64,000 bases of DNA from Thermoplasmata archaeon (GTDB taxonomy: Archaea > Thermoplasmatota > Thermoplasmata > Thermoplasmatales > Thermoplasmataceae), in NCBI GenBank assembly GCA_021797735.1, contig JAJZZE010000029.1:6970-70969 (forward strand), read 5' to 3'. Every line of letters starts with the position of its first letter. Within the stretch, counting starts at the first letter, position 1. Both the position numbers and the translations under genes were made by a program. Below are positions 29,918 to 39,350 of this stretch, in pieces. The notes below the pieces were generated by a model. The model ran no database searches. It was not told where the DNA came from and was given only the letters and a program-made list of their open reading frames with translations.

Positions 29918-29926
29918 TTATATCAC

Positions 29927-31825
29927 CTATGATCCATTCTCCAGTACTACCATTTCAAGCTCCCTGCCCATTATACGCTTTGTTGATTTTATAACCTCAT
30001 CTATGGTCATATGCCTGCCATTGTATTTCAGTATGGAGTTCTTTACCTCTATTCCCGTATTCATTCTAATTATCTTTGCAGCCTGTGCGGTCATGTTGCT
30101 TTCAACATCTATTATTAGGTTAGATTTTTTTAGAACCTCTCCTACATATTCTGAGGGGAACGGCGCAAACATTCTTAAATATAACAGGTTAGCCGATATT
30201 CCATCTTTCTTTAATTCATCTATTGCATCTAATAACAGGCTTTTCTGGCTTCCCCAGGTTATATATGTTATATCCGCATTTTTATCTCCGTATAATACTG
30301 CCCTGTCTTCCATGGGTATTTCCTTATCTGCGGTTATAAGCTTTCTCATTCTCTTTTCCATCATTTTATCCCTCACTGATGTATCCTCTGTTACATGGCC
30401 TAATTCATTATGCTCATCCCCAGTCATCCAGAATACATCCTTTCCGAATACACCGTATGGTGAAACACCGTCATCCGTGTTTAAATTATATCTCTTATAG
30501 TTTTCGTGATTATTATTCTCCTTATACTTTTCTATCCTTACCTTTTTAACATCTATTTCAGGTACAAGGTCCATTGTATTTGCCAGGGTTTTATCGATCA
30601 TATGTATAACAGGCATCTGGTATTTCTGTGCATAATTCAGGGACTTTATTGCGTCGTATACGCATTCTTCCATATCACCTGATGAAATTACCATTTTGGG
30701 GAATTCACCATGGCCGGTGTTCAGTGCAAATAATAAATCAGACTGCCCGTTTCTTGTTGGCAAGCCTGTTGACGGCCCTCCTCTCTGGTAAAGTGTAACA
30801 ACAAGTGGTATTTCAGTCATTCCTGCAAAGGAAATACCCTCAGCCATTAATGAGAATCCCGGACCTGATGTGGCAGTTGCACTTCTGGCACCTGTCAGTG
30901 CCCCTCCATTTGCCATATTTACTGCTGATAATTCATCCTCACACTGGACAATTACTAAACCTCCCTTTTTTAAATTTTTGGTTTCATTTCCCAGGAATTT
31001 TATATCCTCATGGTTTTCCAGCAATGTGCTCTCATCACTTGCCGGGGTTATTGGATAATATGTCTGAAATCTCAGTCCGCCCATTAATTTACCTATTGCA
31101 ACAGCATCGTTACCCGTTAATAACATCCTCGGTATCACGGGATAAAATTTTAGCTGTTCCGGTTTTATTTCGGATCTATCAACGTAATCATAGGCAGCCT
31201 TTATTACCCTTAAATTTGAATCTATAACAGATGGTTTTTTCCTGAATGCGTATTTTATTCCCTCATTTGCATGCTCTATATCCAGGCCAAGAATTGCAAG
31301 TGTCGTTCCGGCTCCAAGTGTGTTATAATATCTCGTTGCTGGGCCTTCTGGAACGTAATCATTTATTAATTTATCAAAAGGCATTGCAATTGGTATTGCA
31401 CCAACACTTCTGAAATAATCAAGTATGCCATGGACATCCATTGTTAAATTTCTTGATTTTAACTCATTCCGTATACTTTCCATAGTATCCGATGTTATCA
31501 TCCTTGCATTTTTCAACTCAAATTTGTCAAATGATGTATCATATATTATTTTTGCATTACTTGATACGTCAAACATATGTTCAAATAATGTATCCGGGTC
31601 AAGAGCTACCATTATATCCACAGGGTATTTCAAAGACCGTGGTCTTTTATGCATTATCCTGAAATGTATATAACTGTGCCTCCCCTTTATATTTGAATGG
31701 TACTCCCTTATACCATATATATTATACCCCGCAAGCGAAAATGCCATACTTATCATATTTGCAGCGCTATCTATTCCTCCGCCCTGTGGACCTCCCACAA
31801 GAAGATTGATATCTGTTTCCTGCAT
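29927..31825 (-). CDS. 2-oxoacid:ferredoxin oxidoreductase alpha subunit (fused gamma-alpha type)
   Basis: 632 aa. The N-terminal part is a gamma-like domain (GGPQGGGIDSA). It is followed by an alpha-domain block (YYPITPASD) and sits directly upstream of the beta gene. Confidence 0.9.
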   Translation of the reverse strand: MQETDINLLVGGPQGGGIDSAANMISMAFSLAGYNIYGIREYHSNIKGRHSYIHFRIMHKRPRSLKYPVDIMVALDPDTLFEHMFDVSSNAKIIYDTSFDKFELKNARMITSDTMESIRNELKSRNLTMDVHGILDYFRSVGAIPIAMPFDKLINDYVPEGPATRYYNTLGAGTTLAILGLDIEHANEGIKYAFRKKPSVIDSNLRVIKAAYDYVDRSEIKPEQLKFYPVIPRMLLTGNDAVAIGKLMGGLRFQTYYPITPASDESTLLENHEDIKFLGNETKNLKKGGLVIVQCEDELSAVNMANGGALTGARSATATSGPGFSLMAEGISFAGMTEIPLVVTLYQRGGPSTGLPTRNGQSDLLFALNTGHGEFPKMVISSGDMEECVYDAIKSLNYAQKYQMPVIHMIDKTLANTMDLVPEIDVKKVRIEKYKENNNHENYKRYNLNTDDGVSPYGVFGKDVFWMTGDEHNELGHVTEDTSVRDKMMEKRMRKLITADKEIPMEDRAVLYGDKNADITYITWGSQKSLLLDAIDELKKDGISANLLYLRMFAPFPSEYVGEVLKKSNLIIDVESNMTAQAAKIIRMNTGIEVKNSILKYNGRHMTIDEVIKSTKRIMGRELEMVVLENGS

Positions 31826-31948
31826 TGTTATCGGATACTATAAGCCTTAATTAATTTAAAAACTTTTTTATCGGTTTATAAGTCAAAAATCATTTATATA
31901 ATTGGAGTGTTTATATAATCGAATATAAAAAAACGTATTACTTATATC

Positions 31949-32233
31949 TTATATATATTTCATCCACTCCATAATTGGGTCATCATCTAATAAGTCAGTT
32001 TCAGTCTTTCCAAAATTTGTAATCGTTACAAACTTGGAAAAATATATTTTATCTCCACTTAAATCACCGTACATTACATGTTCTACATCTTCCCCATCTG
32101 GAAAATGTGCTTCTGCCTCCGGCGTGTTTGGAACGAAATGTAGTTCAACAGTACCATTTTTCTCGTACATTTTATATGATGGATTTTCAAGCACGTAATC
32201 TTCAAGTTTCTTTTTTTCTATACTGGGTTTCAT
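31949..32233 (-). CDS. hypothetical acidic protein (94 aa)
   Basis: ORF only; no recognisable motif. Confidence 0.45.
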   Translation of the reverse strand: MKPSIEKKKLEDYVLENPSYKMYEKNGTVELHFVPNTPEAEAHFPDGEDVEHVMYGDLSGDKIYFSKFVTITNFGKTETDLLDDDPIMEWMKYI

Positions 32234-32348
32234 GCTTTAACATAATAATGGAATATATAAATTTATTATACGAGAATAAAATTATTGCATTAATTATGTT
32301 GTTTACAGAGTTGCGGTAAAAATTAATATTATTATAAAATACAAGTTA

Positions 32349-32513
32349 ATGGAAAAAGCATGTGGCATATGCAGTAATAAATTCCAATGTGGTGGCATAT
32401 TTTGCTGGTGTAGAAATATAAAATTAAACAGAAAGAGTTTGGAAACCTTAAAATTATTATCTTATGATTGTGTATGCCCCGGCTGTCTGGAAAATCTAAA
32501 AAACAATGAATAA
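32349..32513 (+). CDS. cysteine-rich CWC-family small protein (54 aa)
   Basis: MEKACGICSNKFQCGGIFCWCRNIKLNRKSLETLKLLSYDCVCPGCLENLKNNE has 8 Cys including the CWC triplet. Its stop overlaps the HIT gene start (ATGAATAA). It is below the track cutoff. Confidence 0.6.
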   Translation: MEKACGICSNKFQCGGIFCWCRNIKLNRKSLETLKLLSYDCVCPGCLENLKNNE

Positions 32514-32952
32514 AAATATAATTAAAAAATACGGTAACATGGACTGTACATTCTGCAATATAAATGATTTTATATTTAAGGATAAATATTCCGGGGCCTT
32601 TCTGGATAATAAACCACTGTTTAAGGGGCATATCCTGTTAATGCCATTAACCCATTATAATAATATATTTGATACGCCATATGAAACCATTAAAAAATTA
32701 TACGGGAATGCCAAAATATTATCTACTGCATTGAAAAAAGCATTAAACTGTGATGGCATATTAATAATAAACAATAATGTAATAAGCCAGAGTGTAAACC
32801 ATTATCATATCCATATAATACCCAGAAATAAAAATGACCATTTAAGGGGATTTATGTGGCCAAGAGAAAAATATAAGGATGATGATGAAAAAAACGGTTA
32901 TAAAAATAGAATAATAAATGCCATAGGAGAATTACATGAAGATCATATATAG
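32506..32952 (+). CDS. HIT-family nucleotide hydrolase/transferase
   Basis: Histidine triad NHYHIHIIP. Confidence 0.9.
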   Translation: MNKNIIKKYGNMDCTFCNINDFIFKDKYSGAFLDNKPLFKGHILLMPLTHYNNIFDTPYETIKKLYGNAKILSTALKKALNCDGILIINNNVISQSVNHYHIHIIPRNKNDHLRGFMWPREKYKDDDEKNGYKNRIINAIGELHEDHI

Positions 32953-34046
32953 AACAATGGTATTAGCTGCTCATCCATGGTTAACCCCCCATGATGGCTC
33001 TTCAATAAATGGTAATTGTCATCAATTTTTGACTGGTAAATAAAGGCTTTTCCATCATGCGGTACGATTAAATAGTCTCCGATCCTGTTGATGAATCTAT
33101 CATCTATATTTCCAAGCATGTTTGATTTTATAATCTTTTCCTTATTAAATATCTCCGTATCATTAAAATTTAATAGATCATCAATACTGTACCTTGTCCT
33201 TAAAAACAGTGCCCTGGAATCACCGTATGGCATCACATCCAGTTTATTCAGGAGATCCTTTCTATCATTCATCATAACATTTTCAGATACGGGGAAATGG
33301 CCGTGGTCTGCAGTTATAATTATATTATATTTATCCTTAAATTTTTCAACCTCCTGACTGATTTTACTGTAAATTTCCTCTGCAGCATCCAGTGCAGGTT
33401 TTTCATATGTACCGTAACTATGTGCCATGGAGTCAACATATGGCAAATAATAATAAATAAAATCGTAATTTAAATTTACAGCCCTGTTTAACAGGTACAG
33501 TGAATCCCAGAAGCTTTTATAATTCAGATATTTCCCTCCGTTTATGGCACCTGTAAACGTTGATTTATCCATTCTTCCGGGCAATATGCTTACAACACTT
33601 TTCTCTGTTCTTTTAAGATACGAATCAACATTGAATTCCTCATTAAAATCTTTCAGGGTTGTCAGTGATTCATTAATATCGAGGCCATTGAATGTATATC
33701 TCATTGCATTTATTATGCCTAAATCATTTGAATAATTTGTATAACCTATAACCCCATGTTCTCCCGGTGTTTTAGCCGTAAACAGTGTTGTCATAACAGT
33801 TGCAGTTGTGGATGGAAATACCGTTGTAATTGTTTTATAATTTTTTATATTTAATTTTTTAATATAATTTATGCCGAATCCATCAATTAATATTAATATG
33901 GTTCTGTCCTTTTCAAGGTTTAAATCTAAAGGTTTGCCATTGGTTTTTGTGCCTAAAGATTCTGATAATAGGCATGCAAGATTGTATATGCTGTTTCCAT
34001 CATATTCTGGATATTTAAATTCCATACAACATAATTTTACACCCAT
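32943..34046 (-). CDS. alkaline-phosphatase-superfamily protein (nucleotide pyrophosphatase/phosphodiesterase-like)
   Basis: LILIDGFG, FPSTTATVMTTLFT (nucleophile Thr region) and TADHGH blocks. The start may instead be the ATG at 34025 (MEFKYPEYDG). Confidence 0.75.
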   Translation of the reverse strand: MGVKLCCMEFKYPEYDGNSIYNLACLLSESLGTKTNGKPLDLNLEKDRTILILIDGFGINYIKKLNIKNYKTITTVFPSTTATVMTTLFTAKTPGEHGVIGYTNYSNDLGIINAMRYTFNGLDINESLTTLKDFNEEFNVDSYLKRTEKSVVSILPGRMDKSTFTGAINGGKYLNYKSFWDSLYLLNRAVNLNYDFIYYYLPYVDSMAHSYGTYEKPALDAAEEIYSKISQEVEKFKDKYNIIITADHGHFPVSENVMMNDRKDLLNKLDVMPYGDSRALFLRTRYSIDDLLNFNDTEIFNKEKIIKSNMLGNIDDRFINRIGDYLIVPHDGKAFIYQSKIDDNYHLLKSHHGGLTMDEQLIPLFYI

Positions 34047-34130
34047 ATATATAATTATATATATAGTTATATATAGACTTATATAAAAAAATCAGGATTA
34101 TAACAGATCTAACAGCACATAAAATTTTAT

Positions 34131-34352
34131 TTAATCGCTGTTTTTTATCTCGTCCTTTATCTCACCAGTACTGGAGTCAACGGCAAATACAATTATGCTG
34201 TCTGCAAAATTCTCATAGTTTTTATTTAACTTTATGCCTATTGACCAGTAGTCTATGCTATTCATGGCATATATAACATCAAAACTGGTTGTTTGAAATT
34301 CTTTTTCTATGTGCCTTTCCAGTTTTCCCCTAATTTCATCAAGTGATAACAT
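34131..34352 (-). CDS. hypothetical protein (73 aa)
   Basis: ORF only. Confidence 0.4.
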   Translation of the reverse strand: MLSLDEIRGKLERHIEKEFQTTSFDVIYAMNSIDYWSIGIKLNKNYENFADSIIVFAVDSSTGEIKDEIKNSD

Positions 34353-34578
34353 ATTTTATTATTATGTTTCTGTATATGATATTTACTATTTTTATCTACC
34401 ACGCATATACAGGATTTGGCTCATGGAATTCAAAAAAAATTACGTATTTTAATCCTCCATTTTGCTGTAACCCCCCGGATAAGGTTATTATTACACTGGT
34501 TATATTCCACATACATGCCGGGACAATATAATTATCTGACAGCAATACGCTTTTATAACAAAAACAAATAAAGTTCGA

Positions 34579-35472
34579 ATGAGGGGCAAGAGTTTTTTAT
34601 TACTGGTTATTCTCACAATGTTCTGGGGACTTAATTTTCCTCTCCTCAAAATAGGTTTACTTTATGAATCAAGTTTATACATTATGTTTTTCAGAATACT
34701 GGTAGCGGTATTATTCATGTTTATTGTATTCCATAAAAAAATTAAATTTCCAAAATCAATAAGGGCAAATATATTTTTATTCATTTTTGGGTTATTTAAT
34801 ATGATATTATTCTTTGGTTTCTGGTCCATAGGTGAAGGGACAGAAAGTGCTTCATTATCTTCAATAATAATATATACATATCCCATAATAGTAATAATAC
34901 TTGCAAGGGTCTTCTTAAGTGATAAACTAAATAAGTATAAAACGGCATCGCTAATTTTAGGTTTTGCGGGCATGGTAATAATATTCTCAAACCAGCTGCT
35001 GGTAAAATTCAATATAGGCCTGGTATATCTTTTAATTGCCGCAATAAGTTTTTCATCAGGTGCAGTATTCATGAAAAAATACTTAATAAATATAAATCCC
35101 ATAACAATAAATTTTGTGCAGTCACTGTATTCGTTGCCGGTAATGTTTTTATGGGCGTTTTTTACTGAAAAGATAAATTTTTCCGGCTTTAATATATATT
35201 TTATATCTATAGTATTATATATGGGCATACTTGGAACCGCTGTTGCATACTCAATTTACATAGATTTATACCAGCATTTAAATGTTTCATCAATTGCGTC
35301 CTATTTTTTCCTTGTACCAGCATTTTCTGTTGTATTTACCCTAATTATTTTACATGAAATTAACTCATATTACACATATATTGGTTTTATAATAATTGGT
35401 ACCGGTATATTCTTAACATCTAAAACTCCAAAAAATAAGAAAAATGTTAATAATAATCCACTGCCAAAATAA
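34579..35472 (+). CDS. EamA/DMT-family transporter
   Basis: 10 TM segments arranged as two EamA-like halves. Confidence 0.85.
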   Translation: MRGKSFLLLVILTMFWGLNFPLLKIGLLYESSLYIMFFRILVAVLFMFIVFHKKIKFPKSIRANIFLFIFGLFNMILFFGFWSIGEGTESASLSSIIIYTYPIIVIILARVFLSDKLNKYKTASLILGFAGMVIIFSNQLLVKFNIGLVYLLIAAISFSSGAVFMKKYLININPITINFVQSLYSLPVMFLWAFFTEKINFSGFNIYFISIVLYMGILGTAVAYSIYIDLYQHLNVSSIASYFFLVPAFSVVFTLIILHEINSYYTYIGFIIIGTGIFLTSKTPKNKKNVNNNPLPK

Positions 35473-35492
35473 ACACATTAAAATTTATAAAA

Positions 35493-35876
35493 TTATGATA
35501 GTGATCCTACAATTGACTCAACCAGTGTTTTTAATTTCATCATATAATCCATTGATTTATCAATGCCATAATCTTTTATTAGCATTTCTGGATTTCTGTA
35601 TACAATGTATACACCCTCATTTTCTTTATATATGAGCAACTTTGATGGCAGTTCTATTCCAATGTCCCGGTTTTCATTCATCAACGGCGTTCCTACTGTG
35701 GGGGACCCAAATAATATTAATTTTTCCGGTTCCATTATTATATTAGCATTTTCCGCATTCCTCTGGTGGTCTATTGTTGCAAAAACTGCAATATTTTTCG
35801 ATTTAAGTGAATCCAGTATATTATTTACAGTTTCATCAAAACTGTATTTGCTTTTAATTTTTATTAGTGGCTCCAT
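35493..35876 (-). CDS. DUF302-domain protein
   Basis: 127 aa with FATIDH...LILFGSPTVGTPLM...ELPSKLLIY, the typical DUF302 pattern. Confidence 0.8.
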   Translation of the reverse strand: MEPLIKIKSKYSFDETVNNILDSLKSKNIAVFATIDHQRNAENANIIMEPEKLILFGSPTVGTPLMNENRDIGIELPSKLLIYKENEGVYIVYRNPEMLIKDYGIDKSMDYMMKLKTLVESIVGSLS

Positions 35877-35986
35877 AATTATTTATTACTACATTATTGA
35901 AAAGCTTTTTTAACCATTATCCCGGAATCTATTAATAAAATATAATATATTTATCAATATTACCTATTAAATTAAAGTGTGGTTAT

Positions 35987-36748
35987 ATGATAAAAATCAT
36001 GAAATATCCCGGTTCAAAATTAACGGTAATACCTGAAATAATAGGTAAATATAATAAATCAAATAAAAAATATTTCATAGACGTTTTCTCAGGTTCAGGG
36101 TCAGTAATAATGAATATAAAATCGGAATATAAGATATATAATGATATAAACCCTGACCTTGTTTTTTTATTCAGTACATTAAAAAATAATTATGACCTGT
36201 TTTATAAGGATATATCAAAGGCTGTAGCCACAAAAAAAATATTTTTTGATTATTATGATAAGAGAACGGATTTTGCCCGTAATAATATCTATGGTGCACT
36301 GAAAACATTTTATGATTTTAATGTAAATTTTGGTGGCATGGGAAATACTTATTCCAAGATCGACAAATCACTGTATGGAAGCATTAAGAAGAATATAGAT
36401 AATTTGAATTTAATAAAAAATGATGTTAAAAAATGGGTTATAGAAAATATGGATTTTAAAGAATTAATAACAAAGTACGATTCACAGAATTCATTCTTTT
36501 ATTTTGACCCACCATATCCCGGTAAAAGCTGGTATGAATACAATTTTAATATTGATGATTTTAAGGATTTAAATAATATTATAAAAAATATAAAGGGAAA
36601 ATATTTAATGAATTTTAATAAAGAGGATGAATTGCCATTAAAAATATTCGGTGAACCCACATACATAAAAAAATATGCAAATCAAAACGGCAGGATAGAT
36701 AAAAACGATTTAAAATTCAGGTATGTATCATTTTATACAAACTTATAA
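35987..36748 (+). CDS. Dam-class (D12) N6-adenine DNA methyltransferase
   Basis: N-terminal KYPGSK, SAM motif DVFSGSGSV, NDIN, and catalytic DPPY (FYFDPPYPG). Confidence 0.85.
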   Translation: MIKIMKYPGSKLTVIPEIIGKYNKSNKKYFIDVFSGSGSVIMNIKSEYKIYNDINPDLVFLFSTLKNNYDLFYKDISKAVATKKIFFDYYDKRTDFARNNIYGALKTFYDFNVNFGGMGNTYSKIDKSLYGSIKKNIDNLNLIKNDVKKWVIENMDFKELITKYDSQNSFFYFDPPYPGKSWYEYNFNIDDFKDLNNIIKNIKGKYLMNFNKEDELPLKIFGEPTYIKKYANQNGRIDKNDLKFRYVSFYTNL

Positions 36749-36753
36749 ATAAA

Positions 36754-37527
36754 TCACATTCCTGGTTTAACACCATCATATAATTTTAATGCTATCCCAA
36801 AAACTATTACTGTTGCTATAGTTAATACTAAAAACTCAGATAAAACACCGCTCAACGATGAAAAAACAAGGGCATTTCTTGTTATATTGGTTATATACGT
36901 TAGTGGGTTTGCATAGGATATAAGCCTTAAACTATACGGTGTTTTAGCTGTAATTGGATAAAATGCAGAGCTTGTGAAATCAACAACAAAAAATAAAACA
37001 ATAGTTATTGTATTGTATGTCTGCATTTTCTTGGTTTTTATTGATATTATCAGATATATTGAGGTGAATATTATTGTACCAACAAACAGTGTTAATATCG
37101 AATAAATAAGCCCCACTCCCGTAAATACCAGCTTACCGACAAACAGATAGAATATTGCAAGCATTATTGCATTTCCTATTATGGAAAATATTAATGAAAC
37201 CAGTATTAGTCCGAACAGGTATGATAGCCTGTTAAATGGGCCCACAAGCAGCTGTTCGAACATAAAAAACCTTCTATCTGACCACAGCATTGATCCACCA
37301 ACTGTTCCGGCGGTCATAACCTCCATAGCCATTATTCCCGGCATTAAAAAGTCCGTATATGAAACATTCACATTATTGAAGGTTACGGCAGGGATTAAGG
37401 ACTGATACATAAAACCCAGTACAAGCAAATATAATGTGGGCAATCCTAACATAAACATTATTGTTCCCGGATCGCTATTAACCTTAAAATTCCTTATTGT
37501 TAACCTCAATGAATCCGGCAGCTTCAA
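36754..37527 (-). CDS. ABC-2-type transporter permease
   Basis: 257 aa with 6 TM segments. It overlaps the upstream ATPase gene by 4 nt. Confidence 0.85.
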   Translation of the reverse strand: MKLPDSLRLTIRNFKVNSDPGTIMFMLGLPTLYLLVLGFMYQSLIPAVTFNNVNVSYTDFLMPGIMAMEVMTAGTVGGSMLWSDRRFFMFEQLLVGPFNRLSYLFGLILVSLIFSIIGNAIMLAIFYLFVGKLVFTGVGLIYSILTLFVGTIIFTSIYLIISIKTKKMQTYNTITIVLFFVVDFTSSAFYPITAKTPYSLRLISYANPLTYITNITRNALVFSSLSGVLSEFLVLTIATVIVFGIALKLYDGVKPGM

Positions 37528-38444
37528 TTCACCACCTCAAAAAATACATCTTCCAGTGAAGATTGATCCATATTTAATTTTATAATATTATAACCATGCT
37601 TTTCTACTGTTTTAATTATTTCAGGTATTATATTATCTATGTTCTTTGCCGTTATCAACAATTTATTATTTTCATTTTTTAAATTAACATTCATTGAAAT
37701 CAGTTCATTTTTTGTCAGGTCATCTATATCCTTATTTAAATCCAGTTTCAATGTTTTATAACCGCCAAAATTCTCTTTCAGATAACTAGAATTTCCCTCT
37801 ATAATCATCTTACCGGAATTTATTATACCAATTCTATCACACAAATAATCGGCTTCCTCCATTATATGTGTTGTAAATAAGACGGTCAATCCATTCTTTG
37901 CCCTCATTTTTATGTAATCCAGCAATTTCCTTCTCACTATTGGGTCCATACCCACTGTTGGCTCATCCAGAAATAATAAATCCATGTCATGCAAAAATTC
38001 TCTTGCAACCTGAACCCTCTTTTTCTGTCCTCCGGAGAGATCCATTATATTATTCTTTCTTACCTTATTTAAATCAAAAAGTTCCATTAACTCTTCCATT
38101 CTTGATTTTAACAATTCTTTTTTAACATTCCACAACAGACCATAAATTTTGAAATTTCTTTCAACCGATGTTAAATCGAATGACAGATCCTGCTGTACAA
38201 CGCCTATCCTTTTTCTTATATCCATTGAATTGTTTATATCAAGGCCCAGAACCTTAACATTGCCGGATGTTTTTTTTATAAGTGTTGATAAAATCTTGAT
38301 TGTTGTTGATTTTCCAGCACCATTTTTACCCAGCAATCCATAGATTTCCCCACTTTTAACACTAAAGGATATATCATCTACTGCATATTTTTTATTATCG
38401 TATGTTTTTCTTAAATTATCTACAGATATTGCATCCATATACAC
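37524..38444 (-). CDS. ABC transporter ATP-binding protein (DrrA-like)
   Basis: Walker A GKNGAGKST, signature LSGGQKKRV, Walker B LFLDEPTVGMD. Confidence 0.9.
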   Translation of the reverse strand: MYMDAISVDNLRKTYDNKKYAVDDISFSVKSGEIYGLLGKNGAGKSTTIKILSTLIKKTSGNVKVLGLDINNSMDIRKRIGVVQQDLSFDLTSVERNFKIYGLLWNVKKELLKSRMEELMELFDLNKVRKNNIMDLSGGQKKRVQVAREFLHDMDLLFLDEPTVGMDPIVRRKLLDYIKMRAKNGLTVLFTTHIMEEADYLCDRIGIINSGKMIIEGNSSYLKENFGGYKTLKLDLNKDIDDLTKNELISMNVNLKNENNKLLITAKNIDNIIPEIIKTVEKHGYNIIKLNMDQSSLEDVFFEVVN

Positions 38445-38480
38445 ATCATAATATTCTGTGTGTATTAATATTTATGTGAA

Positions 38481-38520
38481 AACCCGACCCCGCCGTACCG
38501 GGAATGCCAGTCTGCGGGTT
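38481..38520 (-). terminator. GC-rich nested hairpin followed by a T-run, just after the crotonase stop
   Basis: AACCCG-A-CCCG-ccgtac-CGGG-...-CGGGTT. I count 27/40 G+C in an otherwise AT-rich spacer. On the minus strand it starts 6 nt after the stop codon and is followed by TTTTC. Confidence 0.35.
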
Positions 38521-38525
38521 GAATA

Positions 38526-39263
38526 TTATTTTTTAAAGAATTTATCTATTCTACTCTTTGTTTCATTATCAGAAAATAATAATCCAAATACTGTAGCCTC
38601 ATAATCTACTGACAGATCCAGGTTTGTATCAAAGCTTTTATTAACGACTCTCTTTGCAAGTTTCACAGTGTTTACTGGCTTTTCCTTTATTATTTTCGCT
38701 ATTCTCAATGCCTCATTTTCTGGATTATCTGAAATTATATCAACTAAACCAAATTCATATGCCTTTTTTGCATCAATTTTTTCACCGGTTAAAATCATGT
38801 ACAGTGCCCTATTTCTGCCGATAACCTTTGATAATATTACATTTCCGCCGGCACCTGCATTTATTCCTATATTTATTTCTGGTTGCCCCAGTACTGCCGT
38901 TGTGCTGCATATCCTTATATCCGTTGATAATGATAATTCTAATCCACCACCGAGGACATATCCGTTTAAAACAGATATTACCGGCAAATCATAATCCCTA
39001 AAATATTTTAATAATTCATTCAATTTTAAATGAAACTTATACGCGTTTACCGGGTTAAGGTTTTTAAACTGGTTTATATCTGCACCGGCAGAAAAGTTCT
39101 TTTTTCCTCCTATTATTATTACATTTACCTTACTTTTCAAATCGTCCATGGAATCCATAATTTCATTTACCATCTCTACTGTAACCGTATTCAATTTATT
39201 TTCCCTGTTAAAATATATAAATCCTATTCCATCATCAATTTTTATATCAATACTTTCCATCAT
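38526..39263 (-). CDS. enoyl-CoA hydratase/isomerase (crotonase family)
   Basis: FSAGADINQF and GYVLGGGLELSLSTDIR oxyanion-hole blocks. Confidence 0.9.
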   Translation of the reverse strand: MMESIDIKIDDGIGFIYFNRENKLNTVTVEMVNEIMDSMDDLKSKVNVIIIGGKKNFSAGADINQFKNLNPVNAYKFHLKLNELLKYFRDYDLPVISVLNGYVLGGGLELSLSTDIRICSTTAVLGQPEINIGINAGAGGNVILSKVIGRNRALYMILTGEKIDAKKAYEFGLVDIISDNPENEALRIAKIIKEKPVNTVKLAKRVVNKSFDTNLDLSVDYEATVFGLLFSDNETKSRIDKFFKK

Positions 39264-39350
39264 TATATATAATTTATAATATAATATATTTTTTTGTCTG
39301 GAAATTACCCCATAAAAAATTATATAATGTGGATACTGTTATCTATAAAT

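Noticed and set aside
32332-32631. 99-aa minus-strand ORF
   Set aside because: It overlaps the plus-strand CWC mini-gene and the HIT gene start, both of which have recognisable motifs. This ORF has none.
34343-34531. 62-aa plus-strand ORF in the spacer before the EamA transporter
   Set aside because: It has no motif, overlaps the start of the 73-aa minus-strand gene, and its composition looks like translated AT-rich spacer.
38481-38520. Possible tRNA or tRNA fragment (GCGGGTTGAAT resembles a T-arm)
   Set aside because: No acceptor stem, anticodon arm or matching 3' half of the T-stem can be drawn, and 40 nt is too short. I kept it only as a hairpin of unknown role.
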